A program made the position numbers and the translations under genes. Positions 18,486-30,488 of a stretch of DNA of 64,000 nt are shown one piece after another. The first letter of the stretch is position 1. Each line of letters begins with the position of its first letter. Source of the stretch: Myxococcota bacterium (GTDB taxonomy: Bacteria; Myxococcota_A; UBA796; UBA9615; JAKLKC01); assembly GCA_023150875.1 (NCBI GenBank), contig JAKLKC010000038.1, positions 2,408 through 66,407 on the forward strand, given 5' to 3'. The notes beneath the pieces are model-generated. The model was not told the DNA's origin. It made no database searches and worked only from the letters and a program-made list of their open reading frames with translations.

Positions 18486-19861
18486 CAGCCCGCCACCAGG
18501 TCCCGCACCCGCGCCGCCACCTCGGCCCGGGGGACCTCCACCTGCTTGCCCTGGGCCTCGATCTCCATGTCCAGGCGCTTCACCGCCACCACCCCCTTCT
18601 GGAGCTCGTCCCCCCCCAGCAGGCAGGCCACCCGGATCCCCTGCCGGTTGGCGTAGCGCATCTGCGCCTTGAGGCCCTTCTGGCCCAGGAAGACCTCGGT
18701 CCGCACCCCCGCCGCCCGCAGTTCCGCCGCCAGCTTCCAGTACTCGGTCATCATGGAGCGGTCCAGGACCACCACCAGGGCCTCGGTGACGCTGGGCCGC
18801 GCCTTCACCAGCCCCAGCTCCTCCAGGGCCGAGAACAGCCGGTCCACGCCGATGGAGGCCCCCGTGGCCGGCACGGTCTCGTCCCCGAAGCGGGCCACCA
18901 GGCCGTCGTACCTCCCCCCCGAGCACACCGATCCGTGGCTGGGCAGATCGGTGATGGTCGTCTCGAAGATGGGGCCCGTGTAGTACGACAGGCCCCGGGC
19001 GATGGAGAGGTCGATCTCCACTTGCCCCTCGGGCAGCCCCAGGGCGCGGGAGGTGGCGTCGATGTGCTCCAGGTCGGCGATGGCCCGCCGCGCCGGCTCG
19101 TAGTCCCCGAAGTAGGCCCGGAGCCCCTCGAGCACCTCGCCGTTGTCGCCGCCCCGGATCTCCACGAAGCGCCGGATCCGCTCCACGGAGTCGGCGGGGA
19201 GGCCGAGCGGCACCACGTCGATCCCCGGCAGGGGGTCGCCCGGGGCGTTGCCCAGCAGGCGGGACACGGCCTCCCACCCCAGCCGGGAGAGCTTGTCCAA
19301 GGTGCGGAGGACCTCGTCGGTCTGGCCGACGTCCACGCCCGCGAAGGCGATCATCGCCTGGAGGGCCTGGCGGTGGTTGGCCCGCACCACGAAGCAGGGC
19401 ACCCCGAGGCTCCGCAGGGTCTCCACCATCGTGACCAGGACCTCGACGTCGGCGTCCACCGAGGCGTCCCCCACGATGTCGATGTCGAACTGGACGAACT
19501 CCCGGAACCTGCCGGGCCGGGGCTTCTCGTCCCGCCACACCGGCCCGACGTGGTAGCGCCGGAAGGGGGTGGGCAGCACCTTCGAGTACTGCGCGCACAC
19601 CCGGGCCAGGGGGACGGTCAGGTCGAAGCGGAGGGCGACGTGCTGGTCGCCGTCCAGGAACCGGAAGATCTCCTTGTCGGACCCGAGCTGCCCGGTCAGG
19701 ACCTCCTCCAGCTCCACCGCAGGCGTCTCGATGGGGCTGAAGCCGTGCAGCTCGTACACCCCCCGGATGGTGTCGATCATCCTCTGGCGCGGGATCATGC
19801 GCTCGGGCAGGAAGTCCTGGAAACCCCTGGGGATCCTCGGTTCGACGCGCGCGTTGTCCAT
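18485..19861 (-). CDS. hisS: histidine--tRNA ligase
   Basis: PRGFQDFLP, LRFDLTVP, WRDEKPRPGRFREFVQFDID, ARGLSYYTG, GGRYD, and anticodon-binding C-terminus. Confidence 0.95.
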   Translation of the reverse strand: MDNARVEPRIPRGFQDFLPERMIPRQRMIDTIRGVYELHGFSPIETPAVELEEVLTGQLGSDKEIFRFLDGDQHVALRFDLTVPLARVCAQYSKVLPTPFRRYHVGPVWRDEKPRPGRFREFVQFDIDIVGDASVDADVEVLVTMVETLRSLGVPCFVVRANHRQALQAMIAFAGVDVGQTDEVLRTLDKLSRLGWEAVSRLLGNAPGDPLPGIDVVPLGLPADSVERIRRFVEIRGGDNGEVLEGLRAYFGDYEPARRAIADLEHIDATSRALGLPEGQVEIDLSIARGLSYYTGPIFETTITDLPSHGSVCSGGRYDGLVARFGDETVPATGASIGVDRLFSALEELGLVKARPSVTEALVVVLDRSMMTEYWKLAAELRAAGVRTEVFLGQKGLKAQMRYANRQGIRVACLLGGDELQKGVVAVKRLDMEIEAQGKQVEVPRAEVAARVRDLVAG

Positions 19862-19957
19862 GGTCCTCGTTCCCTGGGGCCGCCGGGGCGGCCGTTGTTG
19901 GGCTCGGCTGTCCCCGCCCGGGCGGGAGGCTCGCCGCCGGAGAGCGGATCGGGGGGA

Positions 19958-21571
19958 TCAGGACGGCGCGGCGACCTGCCGGGCCCAGGCCGCCGCCTCC
20001 CGCACCTCGGGCAGGCGGAGGAGGGCGCCGGACCGCACCAGGTCCCCTCCGATGGCCAGGCGCGGCGCCAGCTCCTCGTCCCGGTCCAGGAAGGCGATCC
20101 CCGCCTCCCGGGCCACGGCGAGGACCGCCCGGGCCACGGCCCCCGGCCGACGACCCGCCGGCCCCGCCACCCGGGCCCGGAGCTCCAGCGCCTGGCAGGC
20201 GACCACCAGCTCCACGCCCAGCACGTCCGCGCACCTCTCGGCGACGATCCGCGCGGTGCGGGCACCGCTGGTGCCCATGCTGACGTGGTCCTCGGCGTCG
20301 TTCCCGGTGGGGATGCTGTCGACGCTGTGGGGGTGGGAGAGGGTCCTGGCCTCGTTGACCAGTGAGGCGGCGCAGTACTGGGCGATCATCAGGCCCGAGC
20401 GCAGCCCGGCGACGTCGTCCCCCGCCACCAGGTAGTTGGGCAGCCCGTAGTTCCGCCCGGCCCGCCCGTCCACCGCCTTGGCGATCCGGCGCTCGGCGAT
20501 GGAGGCGATCTCGGCGAGGCCCACCTTCACCCCGTCCACCGGTACCGCCAGGGGTTCGCCGTGGAAGTGCCCGGCGGAGACCACCCGGACCGTCCCCGAG
20601 CCTCGGAAGTCCGGGAGGATGACGGGGTTGTCGGTGACCGAGCCGATCTCCACCTCCAGCGCCGCCCGGGCCGCCCCCAGCACCTGCCGCGCCGCGCCGT
20701 GGACCTGGGGGGCGCAGCGCAGGCAGTAGTCGTCCTGGGGATCCCCCGCGCGGGTCCCCATGAGGCCGCTCCCCTGCGTGAATGCCTCGATCCGCGCCGC
20801 CGAGAGGCGGACGCCGGAGTGGGGACGAAGTCGGTGGACCTCGGGGAGGAAGGCGTCGGGGACCCCCAGCATGGCCTCGAGCTGCACCGCGGCGAGCAGG
20901 TCGGCGGTGTCCGCCAGGCGCTCGCCCAGGGCGACGGCCAACACCCCCAGGCCGGCGATGAACGCCGTGCCATTGCACAGGGCGAGGCCCTCCTTGGTCT
21001 CCAGCTCCACCGGTTCGAGGCCCGCCGCCGCCAGGGCGGGCCCCGCGGGGACGGGTCGGCCTCCCTCCCCCAGCACCCTCCCCTCTCCCATCAGGACCAG
21101 CGCCAGGTGGGAGAGGGGCGCCAGGTCCCCGCTGGCCCCCACGGAGCCGAACTCCGGCACCGCGGGCAGGATCCCCGCGTTGAACAGGGCGATCAGGGCC
21201 TCCAGGAGGGATGGCCGCACCCCCGAGTACCCCTGGGCCAGGTTGTGGGCCCGGATCGCCATCGCCGCCCGCACCACGTCGGGGGCGTAGGGGGCGCCCA
21301 CACCGGCGGCGTGGCTCCGGATCAGGTTCCGCTGGAGGTCCCGGAGCGCCTCCTTCGGGATGGGTCGGACGCGGTTGTCGGCGAAGCCGGTGTTGATGCC
21401 GTAGAAGGTCCCCCCGGAGGCGATGGCCGCCTCCAGGGCCTCCCGGCAGCGGGCCACCCGCCCCCGGGCCTCCGGCGCCAGCGCCAGCCGCACGCCCCCC
21501 TCCGCCATCCGGGCGACGTCGTCCAGGCCCAGGGAGGCGCCGATGAGGAGGGTTTCCGGGGAGGGGGCCAT
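19958..21571 (-). CDS. hutH: histidine ammonia-lyase
   Basis: YGINTGF, NLIRSH (His-specific SH), GSVGASGDLAPL (MIO Ala-Ser-Gly), QDDYCLRC, EDHVSMG. Confidence 0.9.
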   Translation of the reverse strand: MAPSPETLLIGASLGLDDVARMAEGGVRLALAPEARGRVARCREALEAAIASGGTFYGINTGFADNRVRPIPKEALRDLQRNLIRSHAAGVGAPYAPDVVRAAMAIRAHNLAQGYSGVRPSLLEALIALFNAGILPAVPEFGSVGASGDLAPLSHLALVLMGEGRVLGEGGRPVPAGPALAAAGLEPVELETKEGLALCNGTAFIAGLGVLAVALGERLADTADLLAAVQLEAMLGVPDAFLPEVHRLRPHSGVRLSAARIEAFTQGSGLMGTRAGDPQDDYCLRCAPQVHGAARQVLGAARAALEVEIGSVTDNPVILPDFRGSGTVRVVSAGHFHGEPLAVPVDGVKVGLAEIASIAERRIAKAVDGRAGRNYGLPNYLVAGDDVAGLRSGLMIAQYCAASLVNEARTLSHPHSVDSIPTGNDAEDHVSMGTSGARTARIVAERCADVLGVELVVACQALELRARVAGPAGRRPGAVARAVLAVAREAGIAFLDRDEELAPRLAIGGDLVRSGALLRLPEVREAAAWARQVAAPS

Positions 21572-21609
21572 GGGAGTCTCGGGGAGGGGCGGAGGCTTCG
21601 CGGTTCCCC

Positions 21610-22068
21610 CTACTCCTCTCCCAGGACGTCATCGATCTCGTCGTCGTCCAGCCCGAGCCCCCGGCCGATCTCCACCGCCTGCTCCCGGAAGACCTTCACG
21701 CCCGCGAACCCCTCCAGCAGGGAGCGCCGCACGTCCCGGTCGAGGTAGGCCAGGGCCACCGGGTCCACGCCGAGGGCGGATCCCCAACGGATCAAGGTGT
21801 CCCTCTCCTTCTCCGACACCCGCCCGTCGGCGAGGGCCAGGAGGAGGGCGGAGCGGAGGAACACGTCCCTGAGCTCGGGTGTGGTCAGCGGGTGCCCGTC
21901 CCCGAGGTGGAAGCGGGCAGGATCGACCTCCGCGTCGCCGGCGAACTGGCGGATCAGCTCGATCTCCGCCGGATGCTCTCCGTCGACCTCGGCCAGGGCG
22001 CGGAGCCCGGCGGCGATGAAGAGGGCGGTGTCGGCGTCGATGTCGATCGCGGGCGGCACGAGGGTCAT
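21610..22068 (-). CDS. TerB-like protein
   Basis: Two TerB-like motifs, LAEVDGEHPAEIELI and LALADGRVSEKE. Confidence 0.7.
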   Translation of the reverse strand: MTLVPPAIDIDADTALFIAAGLRALAEVDGEHPAEIELIRQFAGDAEVDPARFHLGDGHPLTTPELRDVFLRSALLLALADGRVSEKERDTLIRWGSALGVDPVALAYLDRDVRRSLLEGFAGVKVFREQAVEIGRGLGLDDDEIDDVLGEE

Positions 22069-22180
22069 CGGTGTCCTCCGTCGAGGTTCTCCGTCGAGGA
22101 TCGGGATCGCCCCCATGATAGGGGATGCGCGCCCCGGATGCGAAGCCCCGGAGCTTCCGCGGGCTCCCCTCCACAAGCGC

Positions 22181-22693
22181 TCACGGGAAGGGCGCGGCCT
22201 GGGACCGCTCCCTCGCCAGGTAGCCCCGCGCCAGGCCGGCGGACGTGGACCCGGGCCAGCGGTCCAGGACCTCGCGCCACGCGGCGGCGGCGGCCTCGAC
22301 GTCGTGGCATGGGCACGCGGGCTCCGCCAGGACCTCTCCGAGTCGGAGCATCGCCTCCGCCGCCAGGTCGTGCTCCGGCCACGCCTCCAGGAGCCTCCGG
22401 AACCCCGCGTGCGCCTCCTGGAAGCGGCATCCCCCCTGGTCCGACACCGCCCGGAGGAAGGCTCCCTCCACCTCCCCCGCGGCGTCCCCGCGGGGGGGAT
22501 CGAGCTCCGCCGCTGCCCCCGCCGGACTCCCGGGGCGCCCCGGCAGCCCTCCGGCCTCCTGGCCCCGGGACGCGCCGGCTCCGTCCCGCTCCGCCCCGCC
22601 CCAGGCGATGGGGCCCTTGAGCCCGCAACCCGCCGTCGCCAGCAGCACCCCGAGGGTCAGGAGGGGCCCGGCGAGGCGCGATGCACGCCTCAC
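22181..22693 (-). CDS. TPR-repeat lipoprotein (CpoB/BamD-like repeats)
   Basis: LLATAGC lipobox. FRRLLEAWPEHDLAAEAMLRLG and WREVLDRWPGS. GTG overlaps the upstream TGA. Confidence 0.65.
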   Translation of the reverse strand: MRRASRLAGPLLTLGVLLATAGCGLKGPIAWGGAERDGAGASRGQEAGGLPGRPGSPAGAAAELDPPRGDAAGEVEGAFLRAVSDQGGCRFQEAHAGFRRLLEAWPEHDLAAEAMLRLGEVLAEPACPCHDVEAAAAAWREVLDRWPGSTSAGLARGYLARERSQAAPFP

Positions 22694-23532
22694 GCGGCGA
22701 TCCCCACCGCCGCGTACCGGTGGAGCCGCACCTTCAGTCGCGCATCCACCAGGAGCACCCCCCGCTCGGGCACCTCTCGCCACTTCTCCTTCGGGCAGGG
22801 GCGCTCCGAGGCGAGCATGACGCCGGCCGTGCCGGTGGACGTCCCGCATCCCGCCCCGGATGCGGACGCGGCACCTCCGGACTCGACCCGGTAGTGGAGG
22901 TCCCTCCCCAGCCGGTGGGCCAGCAGGACCCGGCCGTCGGTCAGCACGAAGTTCAGCGAGGTCGGCGTCGGGCTCCCCGCACGCCGGGACACATCCCGGA
23001 GGCTCTCCGAGAGGCGCGCGCACGCCCCCACCGTCGCCGCGGCGGGGAGGGAGTCCCCGGGGCGGTCCAGGTCGACTCCCGCCCGCCGCAGCTCGGTCAG
23101 GACGAGGAGGAAGACCCGCTCGCTGTCGGTCTCCCCCTTCAGGATCCCCCGCAGGCCGTCCCCGATCCCCCGCTCCACCTCCTCCCGCACCCGGTGCCAC
23201 CCCTCGACGGTGCCGTTGTGGGCGAAGGTCCAGCGTCCGTGGTGGAAGGGGTGGCTGTTGCGCTCGTGCACCTCCCCCACCGTGGCCTTGCGGACGTGGG
23301 CGACCACCGTGCGGGAGGCCACTTGCCCGCACAGGGCCGTGAAGGCGTCGTCCCGGAACGCCGGGTCCACCCCCCTCACCACCCGGGGACAGGGATGGCC
23401 GTCGGCGTAGTACGCCACCCCCCAGCCGTCGGGATGTTCACGGCTCTGGACCCTCAGGGCGTTCTCGCAGTCGACGAGGGACCGGCGCAAGGCGCCCGCC
23501 GCGCTCCCGTGATAGGCGAAGAGTCTGCACAA
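22690..23532 (-). CDS. class II glutamine amidotransferase (YafJ/EgtC-like Ntn hydrolase)
   Basis: MCRL start, HPDGWG, AHVRKAT, NSHPF, FAHNG, GETDSE, ASE. Confidence 0.9.
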   Translation of the reverse strand: MCRLFAYHGSAAGALRRSLVDCENALRVQSREHPDGWGVAYYADGHPCPRVVRGVDPAFRDDAFTALCGQVASRTVVAHVRKATVGEVHERNSHPFHHGRWTFAHNGTVEGWHRVREEVERGIGDGLRGILKGETDSERVFLLVLTELRRAGVDLDRPGDSLPAAATVGACARLSESLRDVSRRAGSPTPTSLNFVLTDGRVLLAHRLGRDLHYRVESGGAASASGAGCGTSTGTAGVMLASERPCPKEKWREVPERGVLLVDARLKVRLHRYAAVGIAA

Positions 23533-23762
23533 GGTCTTGGGCTGGAGGGCGACGCCGTGACCCGGCGGGCTTCACGGACCCGCGCCGCAGGCGACGTCCC
23601 CTCGCCCGATCCTATCGACCGGATCCGCGCCGGACAACACCCCCGCGAAGGCGCCTCCCGTCTTGCGCGCCGGCGGCCCCGCATCCAGAATCGCCCCGCG
23701 TACCCGGCGCGGCTCCCCGCGCCCGCACCCGCGGGTCCCACGCCCCGCCGCTCCGGCTCCCC

Positions 23763-24110
23763 ATGCCTGGACTGCCCAACATCGGTTTCGGCGAGATGGT
23801 GGTGATCTTCGCCATCGCGCTGGTGGTGATCGGTCCGCGCAACCTCCCCGACGTCGCCCGCACCCTCGGGCGCCTCGCCGCCCAGGCCCGGCGCGCGGCG
23901 GACGAGCTGCGCTACGGGCTGGAGAGGGAGGTCCAGATCGAGGACCTCAAGAAGACGGCGCGGGAGATCGAGGCGGACGTGCGGTCGGCCACCGAGCTCG
24001 GGGCGGGGCGACGGCTGCCCCCCGTGCGCCCCGCGGGGGAGCCGGCGGCGGGCGGGGAGGAGTCGGAGCCCCAGGCGGAGCCGCCCGGTCCAGGATCGGG
24101 GACCCGGTGA
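23763..24110 (+). CDS. tatB: twin-arginine translocase subunit TatB (TatA/B family)
   Basis: IGFGEMVVIFAIALVVIGPRNLPDVARTLG, directly upstream of tatC. Confidence 0.85.
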   Translation: MPGLPNIGFGEMVVIFAIALVVIGPRNLPDVARTLGRLAAQARRAADELRYGLEREVQIEDLKKTAREIEADVRSATELGAGRRLPPVRPAGEPAAGGEESEPQAEPPGPGSGTR

Positions 24111-25036
24111 GCGATCCCGGCGCCCCCGGTGGCGTCCCCCCGGCCCCGCGCCGCACGCCCGCCGTGCCCCAGGTGGCGCGGGCCCCCGGCAGCCGGGCGC
24201 GGCTGGAGGCCGAGGCCGCCGCCGCCCGGGCCGCCCGCCGGCGGATGGAGCAGGAGGAGGTGGAGTCCCACTCCATGACCGTGCTCCAGCACCTGGAGGT
24301 GCTGCGGTTCCGCCTGATCCGGATCTTCGTCGGGGTCCTGGTGGGCTTCGTCGTCCTCGCCCCCTTCGGCACCGACCTGCTGCGGGTGTTCATGGCCCAG
24401 GCGGAGCGGTTCTTCCCCTCGGGCGCCGGGTTCAGCTTCGTGACCCTCCAGCCCCAGGAGCAGTTCATGACGGCGCTGAAGGCGTCCTTCTACGCCTCGC
24501 TGCTGCTGTCGGGGCCCTGGTCCTTCTACCAGGCGTGGGCCTTCGTCGGGCCGGGCCTCTACCGGCGGGAGAGGCGGGCCGTCCTCCCCGTCGTGGTCGC
24601 CTCGTACGGCCTCTTCATCACCGGCGGGGTCTTCGCCTACTTCACGGTCCTCCCCTTCACCAACGGCTTCTTCCTGGAGTCCCTGCTGCCGAACGTGATC
24701 GCCCAGCTCAGCATCGGGAACTACCTGACCTACTGCGCCATCACCCTCTTCTCGATGGGGGCGGTGTTCCAGATCCCCCTCGTCCAGGGCCTCCTCGCCC
24801 GGGCGGGCGTCGTGTCCGTGGCCCGGCTCCGGAGCGCCCGGCGCTACATGGTCGTGGCGATCTGGCTGGTGGCGGCGGTGATCACCCCCCCCGACGTCCT
24901 GTCCCAGAGCCTCCTCGCCGGCCCGATGATGGTCCTGTACGAGGTGGGGATCCAGTGGGCCCGGGTCCAGGAGCGCCGGCGGATCCGGGCCGAGGCGGAG
25001 GCCGAGGCCGACCTGATGGCGGACGTCGAGGCCTGA
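24107..25036 (+). CDS. tatC: twin-arginine translocase subunit TatC
   Basis: MTVLQHLEVLRFRL, WAFVGPGLYRRE, AVITPPDVLSQ, LYE. Start uncertain. Confidence 0.93.
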   Translation: MSDPGAPGGVPPAPRRTPAVPQVARAPGSRARLEAEAAAARAARRRMEQEEVESHSMTVLQHLEVLRFRLIRIFVGVLVGFVVLAPFGTDLLRVFMAQAERFFPSGAGFSFVTLQPQEQFMTALKASFYASLLLSGPWSFYQAWAFVGPGLYRRERRAVLPVVVASYGLFITGGVFAYFTVLPFTNGFFLESLLPNVIAQLSIGNYLTYCAITLFSMGAVFQIPLVQGLLARAGVVSVARLRSARRYMVVAIWLVAAVITPPDVLSQSLLAGPMMVLYEVGIQWARVQERRRIRAEAEAEADLMADVEA

Positions 25037-25059
25037 CGGACCGTCCCGGCCCTCGTCCT

Positions 25060-26049
25060 TCAGGCCGCGTCCGCCTCGTCGGGACCGCCGCCGGTGGCGG
25101 GCCGGGAGGGGGGCGGCGGGCGGACGCCCACCTCGGCCTCGGCGCGACGGTTGTAGTAGTCCCACGCGGCCCGGAAGGGGCGGGCGGCGTGGTAGGGCAG
25201 CTTGGCGCCATGTCCCAGCACCAGCGCCCAAGCGCCGGCGCGGCGGTCCAGGACCCGGACGTCCCGCTCCCGGATCGCCTGGAACAGGGGACGGTCCCGC
25301 GGGGTGGCGACGGCGACCCGGCCCAGCTCGCCCAGGACGTGGCCGTCGCTGCCCGCCACGGCCCCCTTGCCCTGCTCCCGGGCCAGGGCGGCGGAACGGG
25401 CGTTGCCGGACTCCACCTCCTCGCCGTTGAGCACCTCCACGGCGTCCAGGTGGGCGACGTCGGCCCGGACGTGGCGGAATCGCTCCCGGGCGCTCATGTA
25501 ACCGTTGAGCCCCGCGGCGAATGGGTGGGCCGCCGCCGTCAGGGCCGGGGCGCCCGCCTTCCGGAGCGCCTCCAGGAGGTCGGCGCTCCAGAGGGCCGAC
25601 GGCGCCGTGGGGGTGAACCCCCGCCTCTGGTTCGGCCGGACCACCCCCTCGTAGAAGTCCACCAGGGGCTCGATCTCGTCGAACCACACCAGCAGGTGCA
25701 CCCGCTCCTGGGTCGTCAGCTCGATCCCCGGCAGGATCCGCTCCCGGGCGTCGTCCCCCGCCCGTCGCCACGCCTCCACCGCCCCGGAGATCACGTTGTG
25801 GTCGGTGATCCCCACCCGCACTCCCAGGGCGTCGGCCCGGCGCAGCGCCTCCTCCGGCGTGGCCCGACCGTCGGAGTGGCGCGTGTGGAAGTGCATGTCG
25901 GTGAGGCGGAAGTCGTTGGGGTCCACACCCGCGGCGTGGAGGCTCTCCCTCAGGACCGGGACCGGCAAGGCTCTCCTCGGCGCGGCAGCGGCGGGCCGCG
26001 AACGGCGGGCTGGAACGGGACCGTCCGGCCCCGGGGCGGGAACGCGCAA
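25060..26049 (-). CDS. PHP-domain metal-dependent phosphoesterase
   Basis: DMHFHTRHSDG, ITDHN, PGIELT, AHPF, GSDGH. Start uncertain. Confidence 0.85.
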   Translation of the reverse strand: MRVPAPGPDGPVPARRSRPAAAAPRRALPVPVLRESLHAAGVDPNDFRLTDMHFHTRHSDGRATPEEALRRADALGVRVGITDHNVISGAVEAWRRAGDDARERILPGIELTTQERVHLLVWFDEIEPLVDFYEGVVRPNQRRGFTPTAPSALWSADLLEALRKAGAPALTAAAHPFAAGLNGYMSARERFRHVRADVAHLDAVEVLNGEEVESGNARSAALAREQGKGAVAGSDGHVLGELGRVAVATPRDRPLFQAIRERDVRVLDRRAGAWALVLGHGAKLPYHAARPFRAAWDYYNRRAEAEVGVRPPPPSRPATGGGPDEADAA

Positions 26050-26144
26050 GCACCCGCAATGGCGAGTGTAAGTCCTGGTCGGGTGAAGTCAAACGGGCCG
26101 CGCCGGGCGGGCGCGGCGCCTCGCCGGGCGCCCCGTCCGGCCGC

Positions 26145-26573
26145 TCAGAACTCGTAGAACAAGGGCTCGAACCGGCGCGCGTCGATGTGCGCCTGGATCC
26201 GCCTCGCCAGGTCGGAGGGCGGATCCACGAAGCGCATCCCCATGCCCGCGGGCAGTCCGGTGGAGCGGTTCTCCTCCCGCACCCAGGCGACCTCGGTCTC
26301 CACCAGGCTGGGCTCCTCCCCCAGGAGGGAGAGCTCGATCCACATCCGCTCCCCGGGCTCGAAGGGCGCCTCGGTGGCGACGAAGATCCCCCCCTCGCTG
26401 ATGTTCTCGCTGAAGCCGACGTAGAAGTTCGAGTGGGAGCGGAGCTCGACCTTGACCTCCAGGGGCGCTCGGGAACCGTCCCGGGTCCCGTCGCCCGTCC
26501 CGGCCACCCCCGCGCTCCCCACCGCGCCCACGACCCCGTTCGCGCTCGTCTCCGTGCCAGGAATGGCGGACAT
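26145..26573 (-). CDS. TIGR02266-type PilZ domain protein
   Basis: [20 protein letters not shown]...VAWVRE...GMGMRF...EPLFYE. Confidence 0.88.
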   Translation of the reverse strand: MSAIPGTETSANGVVGAVGSAGVAGTGDGTRDGSRAPLEVKVELRSHSNFYVGFSENISEGGIFVATEAPFEPGERMWIELSLLGEEPSLVETEVAWVREENRSTGLPAGMGMRFVDPPSDLARRIQAHIDARRFEPLFYEF

Positions 26574-26752
26574 CGCCGGACCTTCCGGAAGGCGCCCTCT
26601 CCTCCTGCACGCTCATCGGACGGTGCCGACGTGACTTGAAGGCGGCCCGCCGCGGGTGTGGCTCCAGGCCCCTTCCCCCGGTCCTTGCCCGCCGGCGCCG
26701 CGGTCCGATACGATGGCTCGGGAGGGCAGGCATCGCCGCCCGCTCGTGCCGC

Positions 26753-28240
26753 TTGTCCCAGACGCTCTCCATCGTCGTCCCGGTCTACAACGAGCGCCCC
26801 ACCCTCCTCTCGGCGCTCTGCCGCGTGCTGGCGGTCGACCTGGACGACCTGGGACTGCGCAAGGAGATCGTCCTCGTCGACGACTGCTCCACCGACGGCT
26901 CGGGGGAGATCGTCGACGCCCTGGACCGGGACCCCGCGGCCACCCTGGAACCCCACCTCCGACGCCACGGGCTCGATCCCCGGAAGGCCCTCGCCGGGGT
27001 GAGCGTGCGGGGCGTGCGCCACCCCCGCAACCGGGGCAAGGGCGCCGCCCTCCGCACCGGCTTCGCCCGGGTCACCGGCGAGTTCGTGGTCGTCCAGGAC
27101 GCCGACCTGGAGTACGACCCCCGGGACTACCCCGCCCTCCTGCGCCCCCTGCTCCGGGACCAGGCGGACGTCGTCTATGGCAGCCGCTTCCTCGCCGGGG
27201 AACGGCGCGTGCTCTTCTTCTGGCACTCCGTGGGCAACCGCCTGCTCACCCTCCTGTCCAACGCCGTCACCGACCTGAACCTCACCGACATGGAGACGGG
27301 TTACAAGGCGTTCCGCGCCGACGTCCTCCGCACCGTGCGCCTCACCAGCGAGCGGTTCGGCTTCGAGCCCGAGATCACCACCAAGATCGCCCGCATGCGC
27401 TATCGCGTGTACGAGGTCCCCATCAGCTACGCGGGTCGGGACTACGCCGCGGGCAAGAAGATCACCTGGAAGGACGGGGTGGAGGCCCTGTGGTGCCTGC
27501 TGCGCTACGGCCTCGGGGACGACTTCGCCGAGGGCGCCGCGAGGGAGCGGGCCCTCCAGCAGACCAGCGGCATGGTCCGCTTCACCCAGGCCCTCTGGGA
27601 GGCGATCCGGCCCCACGTCGGCCACTCCATCGTCGAGGCCGGCTCGGGCCACGGGCCCCTGACCCCCTACCTGGCGGGCCGGGGGGACCTGGTGGCCTCG
27701 GACGTGGACCCCATCGCCCTGCGCCGGCTGGCCTCGGTGTACGCCCTCCACGACCACGTCCGGATCGTCCGCTGGGACGTGACGGAGCCGTTCCCGGGGG
27801 GGCTGCCCGGCGACGCCGACACCCTGGTGTGCGTGAACGTGCTCCAGCACGTCCAGGACGACCTCGCCGCCCTGCGCCGGGCCCGGGAGGTCCTCGCCGC
27901 CGCCCGGGGCCGCCTGGTGCTGCTGGTGCCCGCCCACGAGGGGCTCTACGGCGAGGCGGACCGGGCCATGGGCCACCACCGCCGCTACGGGCGCGCGGGG
28001 CTCCGGCGCCTCCTCTCCGAGGCCGGCTTCGAGGTGGAGCGCCTCAAGTGGTTCAACCTGGCGGGGCTGCCGGGCTGGTGGGCCAACTCCCGGCTCCTGG
28101 GGCGCTCGGAGCTGGGGGGCGGCCTGCTGACCGCCTACCGCGCCTTCGCGGGCGCGTGGCTGTCGCTGGAGGGGAGGGACGGGCCGCCGGTGGGCCTGTC
28201 GCTGATCGCCGTGGCGCGCCCGCGGGCTGGCGCTCCTTGA
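26753..28240 (+). CDS. bifunctional GT2 glycosyltransferase / class I SAM methyltransferase
   Basis: [32 protein letters not shown]-terminal EAGSGHG, NVLQH, GHHRRY. Confidence 0.88.
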   Translation: MSQTLSIVVPVYNERPTLLSALCRVLAVDLDDLGLRKEIVLVDDCSTDGSGEIVDALDRDPAATLEPHLRRHGLDPRKALAGVSVRGVRHPRNRGKGAALRTGFARVTGEFVVVQDADLEYDPRDYPALLRPLLRDQADVVYGSRFLAGERRVLFFWHSVGNRLLTLLSNAVTDLNLTDMETGYKAFRADVLRTVRLTSERFGFEPEITTKIARMRYRVYEVPISYAGRDYAAGKKITWKDGVEALWCLLRYGLGDDFAEGAARERALQQTSGMVRFTQALWEAIRPHVGHSIVEAGSGHGPLTPYLAGRGDLVASDVDPIALRRLASVYALHDHVRIVRWDVTEPFPGGLPGDADTLVCVNVLQHVQDDLAALRRAREVLAAARGRLVLLVPAHEGLYGEADRAMGHHRRYGRAGLRRLLSEAGFEVERLKWFNLAGLPGWWANSRLLGRSELGGGLLTAYRAFAGAWLSLEGRDGPPVGLSLIAVARPRAGAP

Positions 28241-28261
28241 TCCGCTTGGGATCCAAGCCGA

Positions 28262-29955
<1,694 letters not shown>

Positions 29956-29959
<4 letters not shown>

Positions 29960-30486
29960 CCCGCCGCCTCCTCGGGGGGGGCGAGCTCCACCAGGACCTG
30001 CCCGCCGTCGACGGTGCCCCCCGGGACGACGGCGATCCGCGCCACCCGCCCCGCCACCGGCGCCTTGAGCTCGTTCTCCATCTTCATCGCCTCGATCACC
30101 ACCAGCCCCTGGCCCGCCGCCACCGCCTGGCCCTGGGTGACCAGCACCGCCACCACCTTCCCGGGCATGGCCGAGCGCACCGTCGTGGGGCCCGCGGCCC
30201 CTCGCCCCCCCGCCAGCCCGCCCAGCCGCCGCCGCCTCTCGTCCACGGCCACCGCCCGGTAGGCGACACCCCGCAGCACCAGGTCGAAGCCCTCGGGGCC
30301 CGCCCGCCAGGACACCTCCGCCGAGCGGTCCGAGTGCAGCAGGGCCAGCGTCGCGGGGCCCAGATCCGTCGCCTGGACGGGGAACCCCCTCCCGTCCAGC
30401 AGGAACGTGAACCGCCCCTCCTCCCCCGGGACGACCTCCACCTTCGCGGTCCGTCCGGAGATGGTGACCTCGTAGAGCCACTTCAC
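29956..30486 (-). CDS. biotin carboxyl carrier protein
   Basis: SAMPGKVV...[10 protein letters not shown]. Confidence 0.9.
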
Positions 30487-30488
30487 CG

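Noticed and set aside
19958-23532. Ergothioneine pathway (EgtC-like amidotransferase plus lyase)
   Set aside because: No egtB or egtD nearby, and the lyase has canonical HAL SH and ASG motifs.
26753-28240. GT2-methyltransferase fusion as a novelty
   Set aside because: This bifunctional architecture is a widespread known family.
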